Below the pieces are notes generated by a model. The model was not told the origin of the DNA. It worked only from the letters and a program-made list of their open reading frames with translations, and searched no databases. A DNA stretch of 64,000 nt from contig NC_091288.1 of the NCBI RefSeq assembly GCF_032444005.1, positions 224,130,001-224,194,000 on the forward strand, read 5' to 3'. Source of the stretch: Ranitomeya imitator. Lineage: Eukaryota. Below, in pieces: positions 13,581 to 24,425 of the stretch. The translations under genes and the position numbers were made by a program. Every line of letters begins with the position of its first letter. Position 1 is the first letter of the stretch.

Positions 13581-13636
13581 GAACAGAAGCTTGATAAAGA
13601 ACAACCGTGTTCGAAACGCGTCGCTTGCTCCTGTTC
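13581..13636 (+). ncRNA. Type I minimal hammerhead ribozyme motif in a Penelope-like pseudo-LTR remnant (remnant extends to about 13750)
   Basis: Stem I GAACAG/AAGC pairs with GCTT/CTGTTC; core TTGATAA; stem II GAAC-AACCGT-GTTC; GAAA; palindromic ACGCGT; GTC cleavage triplet ending at 13622. Downstream AATAAA as in PLE pLTRs. Confidence 0.7.
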
Positions 13637-14119
13637 TCCATGTTTTTTTAATTGTTTTTGATGGAATAAAGATGACTTTTACCAGAAGTTGGAACATTTC
13701 TTCTTTTTTGCAATTGCTACACGAGTGGTCGGCTCGTGGTTCCATGCATGCTGGACTTCTATAGACCTCAAGGGTCAGCTGGCATTATCCTTTTCTGTTC
13801 TCCAGATCCTTCACTACATATATAGATGGGGAGCTGGCCTCAATGATCACTTATAGCTGACTAGAAATCCTTTACTTTCTTTTCTGATCTCTTTGTGTTG
13901 GATCATGCCGATAGTCTGCCATCCCCATTGTTCACTATGTGACAGTGATGGATATACAGCACTTTACTATAGAGAATATTAGTCAATGTTATCTGCATGA
14001 GCATTTCACCCTAGAGGGGACATGACCACTATAAAACTAGACCTTTACATTTCACCCCATCCATTCTCCAGAACATAGACTAATTAGGGTGTTGCTGCGG
14101 ACACAGGGAGAGCTGAGCT

Positions 14120-14152
14120 ATTTGCATTAGTCAAATTCCCGAGGTTATATAA
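14120..14152 (+). promoter_or_regulatory. Putative TAS2R proximal promoter: octamer ATTTGCAT plus TATA-like TTATATAA
   Basis: ATTTGCAT at 14120-14127 and TTATATAA at 14145-14152; ATG at 14199. Confidence 0.5.
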
Positions 14153-14198
14153 TTGAGGACTGTAACGAGGAGCTGGAAGGAGAAGATCTCACCTCAAC

Positions 14199-15149
14199 AT
14201 GTGGTTCCTCATACATCTTGGTGTTTTTAGTTTTGTAGAAGGACTAGTGGCCATTTCCTTGAATGCGAGCATCATCATTATCAACGTGAAAAGCCTGAAA
14301 GGAGGGTGGAAGAGGACTCCATCTGACCTCATCCACGTGGCCATGGGAATGGTTAACATCAGCCTACGGGGTCTGCTGCTCGGACACTTTGTCGGCTTGT
14401 GGCTCTCTACCTCCTATATCACAATGGCATTCAGTGTGACCGTTATCCCTTTGCCCTTCCTGATGTACTACACCTTTTGGTTGACGGCCTGGCTCTGCGG
14501 CTACTACTGCACCAGCATCACCAATTTCAGCCACAGATTTTTCCCTTGGATGAAGAGATGGCTTACAAATGTACTGCCTTATCTTCTCATGTTCTCAGGA
14601 GTTGGTTCATTGGTCATCAGTATTCCAGGAATTTGGACTCTTCGTATGAAAATTCAGGAGCAACATTTAGGGAATGGATCATTCATCTTTACCAGTGTGG
14701 TAATAGTATCCACAAGCATTGAGTACACTGTGGTGTCCAACGTACTGGGATGTTCTGTGCCCTTCATGGTGATTCTCATCTCTCTCATCACATCGGTTTC
14801 ATCTCTTCTAAGACACATATGCAGCATAAAGCTCAACAATCCGCACTCTCTTCATCCTAAACTGCAGCCCCACGTCAATGCTATAGGAACAATGGTCCTG
14901 TTATTAACGTTGTCGGGAATATTCTACACGGCAGAGATCATTCTCTTCTACACACAGTCATTGAGTGACACGAGGATTGTGGTCTGCTGGTGTGTAATCT
15001 TTGTCTTTCCCACAATAGAAGCCATCATCATGATCCAGGCCAGCCCCAAACTGAGGAAGACATTTCAGGAGGCAATCTGTCCAAGCAAACTGATGGAGAA
15101 CGCCAAGAATTTGGGAACCTTTAACTTAACCCAACAAGCCAAACACTGA
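14199..15149 (+). CDS. TAS2R: Bitter taste receptor (TAS2R family), intronless, 316 aa
   Basis: Seven hydrophobic segments with TAS2R motifs: LNASII (TM1), SDLIHVAMGMVN (TM2), FWLTAWLCGYYCTSITNF (TM3), SSLLRH (TM5), HVNAIGTMVLLL (TM6), SPKLR (after TM7). Ortholog number not assignable. Confidence 0.93.
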   Translation: MWFLIHLGVFSFVEGLVAISLNASIIIINVKSLKGGWKRTPSDLIHVAMGMVNISLRGLLLGHFVGLWLSTSYITMAFSVTVIPLPFLMYYTFWLTAWLCGYYCTSITNFSHRFFPWMKRWLTNVLPYLLMFSGVGSLVISIPGIWTLRMKIQEQHLGNGSFIFTSVVIVSTSIEYTVVSNVLGCSVPFMVILISLITSVSSLLRHICSIKLNNPHSLHPKLQPHVNAIGTMVLLLTLSGIFYTAEIILFYTQSLSDTRIVVCWCVIFVFPTIEAIIMIQASPKLRKTFQEAICPSKLMENAKNLGTFNLTQQAKH

Positions 15150-15395
15150 TCCCAAACTCGTCCACCTGATACCAAGCTCATCCACCTGATCCCAAGCTCA
15201 TCTCATGCTCAACTACCAGATCCCAAGCTCATCCCATGCTCATCCACCTGATCCCAAGCTCATCCACCAGATCCCAAGCTCATCCCATGTTCATTCACCA
15301 GATCCCAAGCTCATCCCATGCTCATCCACCAGATCCCAAGCTCATCCCATGCTCATCCACTAGATCCCATGCTCATCCCATGCTCATCCACCTAT
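15150..15395. repeat. Short tandem repeat built from CCCAAGCTCAT / CCCATGCTCAT / CCACCAGAT modules, immediately 3' of the TAS2R stop
   Basis: Direct reading. Confidence 0.85.
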
Positions 15396-15824
15396 GGAGA
15401 GTTCAACTAGGAGGAGCACTGTAGTTTGCACACACTTATTAGTGGCCTCTTATTAATGAAATGGTTCATCGTCGGGCTCCACAATCATATAGGGGGTGAG
15501 TAGATTGGAATTGTACTTCAGTTCTGACTTGTGCCATTTATGACAATAATCTGGTGTTCCATTATTTACTGCCCCCAGAACAGCGCCTTACTTTCTTGGT
15601 AACTTTACACATATCCTAAATGGAAGCCCTTAGGCTAGTAATCGGTTTACAATGATAATATGTTCTGGATCTGTAGACCAGCTGTCAGGAATCCTTATCT
15701 TCTTACCTTAATTCATGATAATTTTTCTGATTTTTGTTGTCCTTCCATCCCCTTCCTCCCCGGCAGTCCTGGTCCATCTGTAGTGGGCTTCATCAGTAGA
15801 TTCTTCATTCTATCAGTATATTTT

Positions 15825-15960
15825 TCGCGAAACGGCCGTCGTTTGGACCTATACACTCTGTTGTATGTACACCCCCGAGCCGTGAAGATTTTATTGGAAC
15901 AAAGGCTTACCTGGTTTAGAAGATCGGTGAGTGCTGCCACTTTCTTTCTGCTCGTGAGAT
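15825..15960 (+). mobile_element. Penelope-like pseudo-LTR fragment (3' half of a hammerhead only)
   Basis: GCGAAACGGCCGTC with palindromic ACGGCCGT, then ATTTTATTGGAACAAAG and a GGTGAGTG donor-like motif; the upstream CUGANGA core is absent on this strand. Confidence 0.5.
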
Positions 15961-16238
15961 GTATCTGTATATTTTTATTTTATGTTGAGACTTGCGGCAT
16001 CTTATTAACAGACGGACGGTGATGATGACATCATCATCTTCTATTAAAAAAAGCTCCAACCAAACTTAATATTGCCTAAACCAGTGTAATTGTCAGTGTA
16101 GTGTCAGTGCAGTAATGTAGTTACCGATCACCGTCTTCTCCAGTTTCCAGCGCTGCTCCAGTCTTCTTCTTGGCCATGTGATGGCTCTTCCAAATCTCTG
16201 GATCACAGTGTGCTCTATTAGTGAGCCAGAAGTGTCTT

Positions 16239-17214
16239 TTACAATGTAAACCTATGGAGCGTAAGAAGGCTGAAAACGAGGTTCAGAACGAGGCTCAAAA
16301 TGAGGTTTAGAACAAGGGTCAGAACGAGGCTAAGAACGAGGCTTAGAATGAGGCTTAGAACAAGGCTCATAATGAGGCTTAGAACGAGGCTCAGAATGAG
16401 TCTTAGAATAAGGCTCAGAACAAGGCTTAGGACGAGGCTCAGTACGAGGCTCAGAACAAGGCTCAGAATGAGGAATAGAATGAGGCTCAGAACAAGGCTC
16501 AGAACGATGCTCAGAATGAGGCTCAGAACGGGGCTTAGAACGAGGCTCAGAGCAAAGCTTAGAACAAGGCTCAGAATGAGGCTAAGAACAAGGCTAAGAA
16601 TGAGGCTTAGAACAAGGCTCAGAACGAGGCTTAGAACAAGGCTCAGAGCAAAGCTTAGAAGAAAGCTCAGAATGAGGTTTAGAATGAGGCTCAGAACAAG
16701 TCTTAGAATAAGGCTCAGAACAAGGCTCAGAATGGGACTTAGAACGAGGCTTAGAATGAGGCTCAGAGCAAGGCTTAGAACGAGGCTCAGAACAAGGCTT
16801 AGAATGAGGTTTAGAACAAGGCTTAGAACGAGGCTTAAAACAAGGCTCAGAATGGGGCTTAGAACGAGGCTTAGAATGAGGCTCAGAACAAGGCTCAGAA
16901 CAAGGCTCAGAGCTAGGCTCAGAACGAGGCTCAAAACAAAGCTTAAAACAAGGCTTAAAACGAGGATTAGAACGAGGCTTAGAACAAGGCTCAGAATGGG
17001 ACTTAGAACGAGGCTTAGAATGAGGCTCAGAACAAGGCTTAGAACGAGGCTTAGAACAAGGCTTAGAACGAGGCTTAAAACAAGGCTCAGAATGGGGCTT
17101 AAAACAAGGCTTAGAATGAGGCTCAGAACAAGGCTCAGAACGAGGCTCAAAACGAGGCTCAAAATGAGGCTTAGAATGAGGCTTAGAACGAGGCTCCATA
17201 GACCTACATTGTAA
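16239..17214. repeat. 12-bp minisatellite (AGAACGAGGCTC/AGAATGAGGCTT), about 78 units, bracketed by a 22-bp inverted repeat
   Basis: Left TTACAATGTAAACCTATGGAGC (16239-16260); right GCTCCATAGACCTACATTGTAA (17193-17214). Confidence 0.92.
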
Positions 17215-17523
17215 TACTGACATACGGTTTGGGCTTCTCATATTTCAAAAATTTATATAGAAAGTGCTGGAGTTCAGCAAGGACATGCTCACACCATACA
17301 ATCTTCCCTGGTAGATACCTGGCCATATTGTAAATACAGTAGCTCCTGGATGGAGCCAGGATCCCATTATACCAGATGTACCTCTTGAATGGAGAGATGA
17401 TCCCAGACTACTCTATACACCTTCTACATGGAGACATGATCTCATGATCTATACCGGATGCACCAGGTCTATGGTCCAGTGAGCGCCATATTTGACACAT
17501 CGCTGCCCAGCTGATCTAGGTTT

Positions 17524-18017
17524 GGGCTGTGTTCACACCTCCTTATTGCCATTTACAGACTGATTTGGGGAGGACCAAACTAGAAATAAAATGATCCAAT
17601 ACAGGATCCATTGATCTGAATGGGGATGGAAATGTCTTAAAATGTCTTCCGTTTCCCTTCTTCCTGGCTGCAATCTGTATTTTAGCTGGATGAAAAACTG
17701 ACAGCACAACTTTTTTTTCTGTCCAGAAAAGCCTTTAGCAACTGCAATTATTTTTTTTAATATTTAAGTCTATGAAAAATGGATGACGATGGGCATGAAT
17801 TCTGCCATCCTTTATTGGATCTGTTTTTTAATGGCTGGTCATGCCCAGGATGTGAAAGGTGACAGAGACTCCACCAGTAAAAATCGATCCATTACAAACA
17901 GAACTGGCTGAAAAACGGAAACTGAAGAGCGTCCATCTTAGCTCCATTTGTAACAGGTCAAGTTTTGTTAACACTGGTCGACACAACGACGATAGCTGGA
18001 CATGTGACTAGAGCCGC
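17524..18017. mobile_element. Degenerate Harbinger-like MITE
   Basis: Left GGGCTGTGTTCACAC, right degenerate ATGTGACTAGAGCC; TSD not clear. Confidence 0.35.
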
Positions 18018-18268
18018 TGTGTCAACATGAGACAGGATTAGTGCCGGTCAGGTCACCATGCCTGCTGGTTATTGTCCTCCAGCTCCAAGCTTTCTCATTG
18101 TTATGATAGAGTAACTCACCAACCTCATGATCAGCTCTGACGGCTTCTGCTCCCCATTATCTCCAACGACTGGTTCATTGGAAACAATGAGATTTGTTGT
18201 TAGATTAATGAACCTCGTCATCTTCCATCAGGAAAACCAAATGAACGTGGAAACCAAACCCCTCCTAG

Positions 18269-18276
18269 ATTTGCAT
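18269..18276 (+). promoter_or_regulatory. Octamer motif ATTTGCAT upstream of the second TAS2R
   Basis: Perfect octamer 107 nt upstream of ATG 18376, same orientation as at the first TAS2R; CAGCTG E-box nearby at about 18301. Confidence 0.45.
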
Positions 18277-18375
18277 TGGTTCCATTGCCCTTTATTCTCA
18301 CAGCTGGTTCAGTTGACACATTGTGCGGTCAGCAGCAGTGAGACAACCGCCATCTTCTCATTTTCCCCAGAAATC

Positions 18376-19329
18376 ATGCTGTCTTCTCGGGATATGTCTC
18401 GAGTGGCCATTGGTTTGGCCACGGGGTTTACAGGGATCTGCCTGAACTCAATGATCGTAGCGGTTAATCTCAAGGACTGGTATGTTGGCATCCACCTGAG
18501 TTCTTGTGACTTAGTTTTGAGTTTGATTGGGTTAATTAATGTCCTTTTCCAGACGGATTTGGTCTTGGAAATGATCTTCAGTGCATTTCAAACTTACATA
18601 AAATTGTCCATAGAAATTCACTTAAGTGTCCTCCAGATCCTGGTGTTTTTGGCCTCCTGTAATTACTGGTTCACAGTCTTGCTCTGTACCTACTATTGCT
18701 TAAGAATCGTCAACTTCAGCAGTGGCCTCCTGTTCCTCCTGAAGATGAGAATATCCAGATATCTGCCCACTTTGCTGGTGATATCGGCTGTTCTGTCGCT
18801 ATGTGTTGCAGTGCCGGCAGCTTGGACTATGTACCTGGTGCCTCCTCATGAGCTTTTGGTGAACACCTCCTCTTCTTCTTCTTCTTCACACGACGTCATC
18901 GCCATAACATTCCCCTACAAAGTGACTCTTATATGTGGGACAATTACACCTTTAATTCTAACCCTCATCCCCACAGTATTGACTCTGAACTCTCTCTGGA
19001 GACACATCATGATGATGAAGAAGAACATGCTGGGGTCAAGTACTGCCCGGACACATGCCCACGTCACAGCTGCCAGGACCATGGTGCTTCTCCTCACTCT
19101 CCTTATGTCTTTGTACATCTCTTCCATCTCCATTATATTACACTCATTTAATGTAGAGGATGTCTCACAGCACTTCAGCTGGTTTGTCATATTCTCCTAC
19201 TCCACCTTACAGGGCGTAATAATAATACACGGAAACTCCAAACTGAGGACATCTGCAAATCGTATCATCAAGCAACCTGGAAACTGGCATCTGATGCTTC
19301 ATGGAAGCCAACCTGGACTGGAAGTGTAA
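18376..19329 (+). CDS. TAS2R: Bitter taste receptor (TAS2R family), intronless, 317 aa from the ATG at 18376
   Basis: Motifs CLNSMIVAVNLKDW, SSCDLVLSLIGLIN, YWFTVLLCTYYCLRIVNF, NSLWRH, HAHVTAARTMVLLL, GNSKLR. The 83 upstream in-frame codons of the track ORF have no TAS2R similarity. Confidence 0.93.
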   Translation: MLSSRDMSRVAIGLATGFTGICLNSMIVAVNLKDWYVGIHLSSCDLVLSLIGLINVLFQTDLVLEMIFSAFQTYIKLSIEIHLSVLQILVFLASCNYWFTVLLCTYYCLRIVNFSSGLLFLLKMRISRYLPTLLVISAVLSLCVAVPAAWTMYLVPPHELLVNTSSSSSSSHDVIAITFPYKVTLICGTITPLILTLIPTVLTLNSLWRHIMMMKKNMLGSSTARTHAHVTAARTMVLLLTLLMSLYISSISIILHSFNVEDVSQHFSWFVIFSYSTLQGVIIIHGNSKLRTSANRIIKQPGNWHLMLHGSQPGLEV

Positions 19330-20682
19330 GGAGGTGGCTCACATGCTTCCTCTCCTATGGACGCTATTCCCGTGACGACGGGCAGCACCTCGTTGTTTAT
19401 TAATGTTAAATGCAAAGTTTATGTGGTTTAATGTGTATGTCTTTGATAAGTGTTGTGTATAGGGCTAGGATAGGATCTTAGTATAGGACCATAGGGGAAT
19501 TAGAATAGAGAGGACATCATAGAGATAAGGAATAGAATAGAACAGGAGTGTTAGTAAGATATAGGCAACATGGGGGGGTGTTCGGTAGGGAGGAGTTAGA
19601 GCAGAGCGGGGCAGAGCCATAGCGACATAGGATAGGCACTAACTGTATAGGCAGCAGAGCCTGGGCAGCCTTGCCCAGGGCAGGGTGCATGCAGCAGTGA
19701 GAGCAGACGAGTGATGGGCAGTCAGGCTCTTTTTGGTGATTCGGCTCTCATGGCTCCACTCACCAAAAAGAGCCGGCTCTTTTTGGATCCTAAATGGATC
19801 CCTAGTATATATGTGTTCACAGTATGTGAACACATATTTATGCTAATGTAAGCTGCCCGAAACCCCGCCCACCTACAGCAGAAACTCTGCCCACTTGCTA
19901 GTAGCCAATTAAATTGATGAGAGGGTGGAGTTTTGATCAGGTGGGCAGAGTTACGTCTGCTGAACACAGGGATTTTACGCCCAGTGAGAGCCATTCAGGG
20001 ATTTTAGTGGCTCTCACTTGGGTGCCGCTTCCCGTCATTCACAGCAGGGAGTCGGCTCTTTGACTCGGATCATTCGCAAACAACACATCACTAGAGCAGA
20101 CAGTCGGTCGGCCGTGGGGATAGAGCTGCTACGCCAGGAAGGGTCCCCAGGTTGAGGATCGTGCCGACGGGCACCAGCTTAGCAAGGACCATCCCAAGAA
20201 GGATCCGGGGTCTATGACCGGGACAGGAGTAGCTTAGATGGTGTCCCTGGCACCTTTCCCTGTTAGAACCAGGCAAGGGGATGGCAGAGACCCGGTGACA
20301 CTGTAAATATGGACGAGACAGAGTTTGTCTTGAAATAAGGCTGGGATTGCTGAAAGAAGAGAGAAAGAGTTAGCAGGAAAGATGGAGGCTGCCCAGGAGG
20401 CAGGGAGAGATCAGGAGATGTCCCTTTGTGAAGTTTGTGCTGCAAATGTGATGAATGCCCAACTGAATAGTAAAGTTCAACTGTTGGAAAAGAACTGTGT
20501 CTCTGGGATGTTTTGCGCGGAGCCGAGATGACAGAACTTGATAGGACTCTGACAGTGAAGGTAAGTGTGCTGCTGCGCACGCTGCACATGCAGCTGAAGG
20601 GACACTGTATTTTATCTGTGGGGCACCAGGGTGAGGGAACAGAACAGCCAGTTGCCACAACTACCACCCTGGCCATCTTACA
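19325..20682 (+). mobile_element. Solo LTR (about 965 bp without the nested MITE) overlapping the TAS2R stop codon
   Basis: TGTAAG...CTTACA terminal IR; flanks GAAG (19321-19324) and AAAG (20683-20686), a 4-bp TSD with 1 mismatch. Confidence 0.7.
19709..20093. mobile_element. hAT-like MITE nested in the LTR
   Basis: GAGTGATG...CATCACTA termini; perfect 8-bp TSD GAGCAGAC at 19701-19708 and 20094-20101. Confidence 0.85.
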
Positions 20683-20778
20683 AAAGTACAAGAATCTACC
20701 AGCAAATTTCTAAGCTTTCCTAAGAAGCATCGTCGAAGACAAAGGACATTTAATGCTTGAAGGGACTGTCCACCTTTA

Positions 20779-21232
20779 GGCCGGAGTCACACTAGTCTGT
20801 AATACGGACGAGTGCTATGCGATAAAAAAAAATCGCATAGAACTCTGACCAATGTTAATCTATGGGGCAGCTCCTATCATGCCTTTTTTTCTCGTCCGTA
20901 TTACGCTTGTGAGTGAAATAGGAGCATGCTGCGATTGTCTGCGTATCTCAGCTGAGAAACGCCAATGTAGGTCTATGGGGGCGAGAAAAAAAAAGCACAG
21001 CACACGGACCATCAGTGTGACCTGCGAGAAATTTTCAGGCATTGGGCAGGTGACAGGAAAGGCTCAGCCATTGTTTGCTCATTTTGCAAGTGTGTGAGAA
21101 AATCTCAACACATGGATGAGAAAAAAACGCATCCTGGCATTGCCCACGGATGAGATACGGATCACCATACGGAGAACATTTTCAGCAGACAAAATCAGGC
21201 AGATTTTTTATACATTGTGTGTGACCCCGGCC
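20779..21232. mobile_element. PIF/Harbinger-like MITE
   Basis: TIR GGCCGGAGTCACAC...GTGTGACCCCGGCC; flanks TTA/TTG. Confidence 0.75.
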
Positions 21233-21717
21233 TTGGAGAGATTTGCTTTAGGTTAATGCATGTGCAAATTTTGCAAGTTTTGCTTTTACAGGCCCTTTAT
21301 TTCCCTGCAAATTCAACTTTGATGTGGTCTGTGGTCATAAATCAGCCACAAGGAGCTTAGAAAAAGATAGATAAGAGAGTTACAAACTCTCCGGCAGACA
21401 AGTTCTCAAGTCACTTATTCCTCGGCCAGCGACCGCGGCTAGAGACGGCAAACACTGCAAAGTTCTTGTGAAACCCAATTGTAAAACATAATTTTTAGCC
21501 CAAAAAATATGAATTTCAGTAAAAAACAAATGTCCCCAAAGTTGGACAACTCCTATAATAAACCAGCAGAAAAGTCTAAGCCATGTAATAATAAATATCT
21601 GTGCATCTGACGGACGTGTGAAGCCTTCACGTTAGGGGATAATGGGAGAGATGATGATGGTGACTGTCACCAATCACAGGGAGGATATCTTTATCATCCC
21701 CACCGCTCGCACTAATT

Positions 21718-23000
21718 TGTCATGAACCGGGTTGTTTGGTTGCCCCTGGTTCCTTCTGAAGGGGATTTATCTATATCCCACTTCTCAGTTCTGGTTTGGA
21801 ACTTGCAGCTCTCTGGCGCCCCCCTTACCCTCAGGTCAGACCGGGTACTGCACCTAGGATAATTAGACACCAGAAAGGCTGCCTTACATTGTACTGGCTA
21901 ATGGGCACGCTGCAGTGAGAGTGATATAACTACTGCCACTTAGGCTGGAACAATAATTATCAATGCCGTCAGTTGCTACATGGTCTCCCAAGTGCACAGG
22001 ACAAATCCGCTGCCACTAGCTCCGATTTCTTAATTAATAAGGGTCTGGAGCCAACCAAGATTAGTAGCGTAATTCACTTTGGAAGACGTGACAGTACGTT
22101 ATAGAGCAGGGGGAAACTAAACTAGTAATTCTATATATTTTACTCCAAAAAGGTAGGCAGTGTTTACAGAAGTATAAAAAGGTATTATAAGAGTAGACAA
22201 GTATTGTATGTTCAGTACAATTATAAATAAAAAGTGATTAATGGTGAAAATCGACTTACGGTTCTTTCATATCATTCAATGGTACGCCATGTGGTGGCGG
22301 GGGAGGGGACCTTCCCCACTTATCTTCAGGTCAGATTGCACAGCCCGTCTTAGCTGAATCCCCCTGCAAAAGACCCCCCTTGTCTGGGCCTTTGAGTTTT
22401 ATACCTTCGCCCAAAACTAAGGTTCTCCCCCCCCCCTGGATGTCCTCATGGGGTGGGCAGAGCTATGGAATGCACTCCTCTTTCTTAAGGATATGAAAAC
22501 CATCATCCCGCATATCTTGGTGTATGAACCTCGTAGAAAGACGACACCCGTCTCGTTATGCTCAGCGTGATATAGGGATTCGTTTATGTATAGACATGGG
22601 GTAGCTGGGTGACTCAGTTACGTAGTAATGCCTTTCTCACTTTCTGCTACGCGCTGGGCTCCCGAAACCCACCAGTTAGGAGCCCTCTTGTTGCACATAC
22701 CAAATATATAACTTTCAGATCTATGTTACTACTTGGGAGGAATTATTCCATCTTGAATAACTCTCTGATACACAAAGGAGCACATGGTTTCAGACGAAGG
22801 ACTGGCATTCCCAGTTCAAAGCCATAAAAACTCCTCAGTGAAGGTTGCTGGCACGCTGATCTCACATTACAGCTGTATAGCAGGGGGGAGGGAGGGGGAA
22901 AGGTGAAATCGCACACAGCCACATGCAGGCAGAGGAAACTGCAGCTGAGAGCTCTGTATGTGTAATTGAAGTACCAAGAAATTCTTCCTATTTCCTGACA
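21718..23000. mobile_element. LTR-like element related to 47492-48899
   Basis: TGTCATGAA...TTCCTGACA terminal IR; shares the block CTCAGGTCAGA...GGTACTGCAC...GAAAGGCTGCC...GGGCACGCTGCAG with the 47.5-kb copy; no TSD. Confidence 0.65.
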
Positions 23001-23175
23001 GGAGGATAAGACAAGTTGTAACAGCAGAACAGTGACCACAGCTCTGGGGGTGACTGGTGGATAAGACACGATGTAACAGCAGAGTAGTGATTGCAGCTCT
23101 GGAGGTGACTGGAGGATAAGACAGGATGTAACAGCAGAATAGTGATTGCAGCTCTGGAGGTGACTGGAGGAGAGG
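23001..23175. repeat. 55-bp tandem repeat (GCAGCTCTGGAGGTGACTGGAGGATAAGACAGGATGTAACAGCAGAATAGTGATT), about 3 units
   Basis: Period 55 measured from 23101 to 23156; the same family occurs at 59755-59985. Confidence 0.85.
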
Positions 23176-23994
23176 TGCCCACAATCAGCCACACCCTGCT
23201 AGGAGCAGCACCTGTCTTGTGAGCTCCAGCACTTCCAGCAGGAGGCCCAGAGTCGGCCTCTCTTCTCCCCAGGGAGAGGCAGGCTTCCGGGGAGGCCGGC
23301 ATGGCTTCCCAGGCTTCTGTTCCCCGGTCTGTGCCGGCGGGGGACAGAGAGCAGCAGCAGCAACCGGCCCAAGAGGGACTGAGGAGGTCGGGACGGGTGA
23401 GAAGAACCATACCCACCTACACCAACCCTGAGACGGCTCATCGTCCGCCCAGAGAGGGAGACAGGGGCGCCCCAGGAAGGAGAGGAACATCCTGGGGGGA
23501 GACGAGCTCCGGCGAGTCCTCGAGTACCTTCTCCTCCCGAGAGGTCGCCATGCTACGTGAGTACGAGGACGCCGGCAAAGCACTGACCGGGCTGAAGGAG
23601 GAGCTGCGGGTGGCTCGGGTCCTGAACACCCGAGCCTCTATCAAAGAGAAACCCGCGACCTCCCAGAGGTTCAGAGCCCTCAGAGATGAGATGGTCCGGT
23701 TAGTGGTCCTCCGGGAGGGGATTGAGAAAAGCGCAGGTCCCTTCCTGGAGAGGTTTAAGAACCAGCGGCGGTTCTCAGAAATGAAGGGGTTAAATACCTC
23801 AGGAGAGCCGCCAGCCGGCGTCCTAAGCGACGAGGAGGAGGAGGAGGAGGACGACGACGTGGCTGTGACTGGAGTCCTACAAGCTGGAACCAGCCGGGAG
23901 AGTGAGTCGCAGATCCGACAACAGGGAAGCGGCCTCCCGACACGGCAGAGGACTCCGACAGCACAGGCTGGAGTGTCAGCGGAGGAAGAGGAGG

Positions 23995-24425
23995 AGGGCG
24001 GTCCGCTAGAGGAGGAAAAGGAGGAGGGCGGTCCGCTAGAGGAGGAAGAGGAGGAGGGCGGTCCGCTAGAGGAGGAAGAGGAGGAGGGCGGTCCGCTAGA
24101 GGAGGAAGAGGAGGAGGGCGGTCCGCTAGAGGAGGAAGAGGAGGAGGGCGGTCCGCTAGAGGAGGAAGAGGAGGAGGGCGGTCCGCTAGAGGAGGAGGGC
24201 GGTCTGCTAGAGGAGGAAGAGGAGGAGGGCGGTCTGCTAGAGGAGGAAGAGGAGGAGGGCGGTCTGCTAGAGGAGGAAGAGGAGGAGGGCGGTCTGCTAG
24301 AGGAGGAAGAGGAGGAGGGCGGTCTGCTAGAGGAGAAAGAGGAGCAGGGCGGTCTGCTAGAGGAGGAAGAGGAGGAGGGCGGTCTGCTAGAGGAGGAAGA
24401 GGAGGAGGGCGGTCTGCTAGAGGAG
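23995..24425 (+). repeat. 30-bp coding repeat (GGPLEEEEEE / GGLLEEEEEE) in ORF1
   Basis: GGCGGTCCGCTAGAGGAGGAAGAGGAGGAG units. Confidence 0.93.

Noticed and set aside
16239-17241. (RLRT)n, (LSLV)n and (SKPC)n ORFs
   Set aside because: Translations of the 12-bp array.
18127-18375. 83-aa N-terminal extension of the second TAS2R, or a 5' UTR intron ending at TTTTCCCCAG (18370)
   Set aside because: No TAS2R similarity and it contains a promoter-like octamer. The acceptor-like sequence cannot be distinguished from chance without transcript data.
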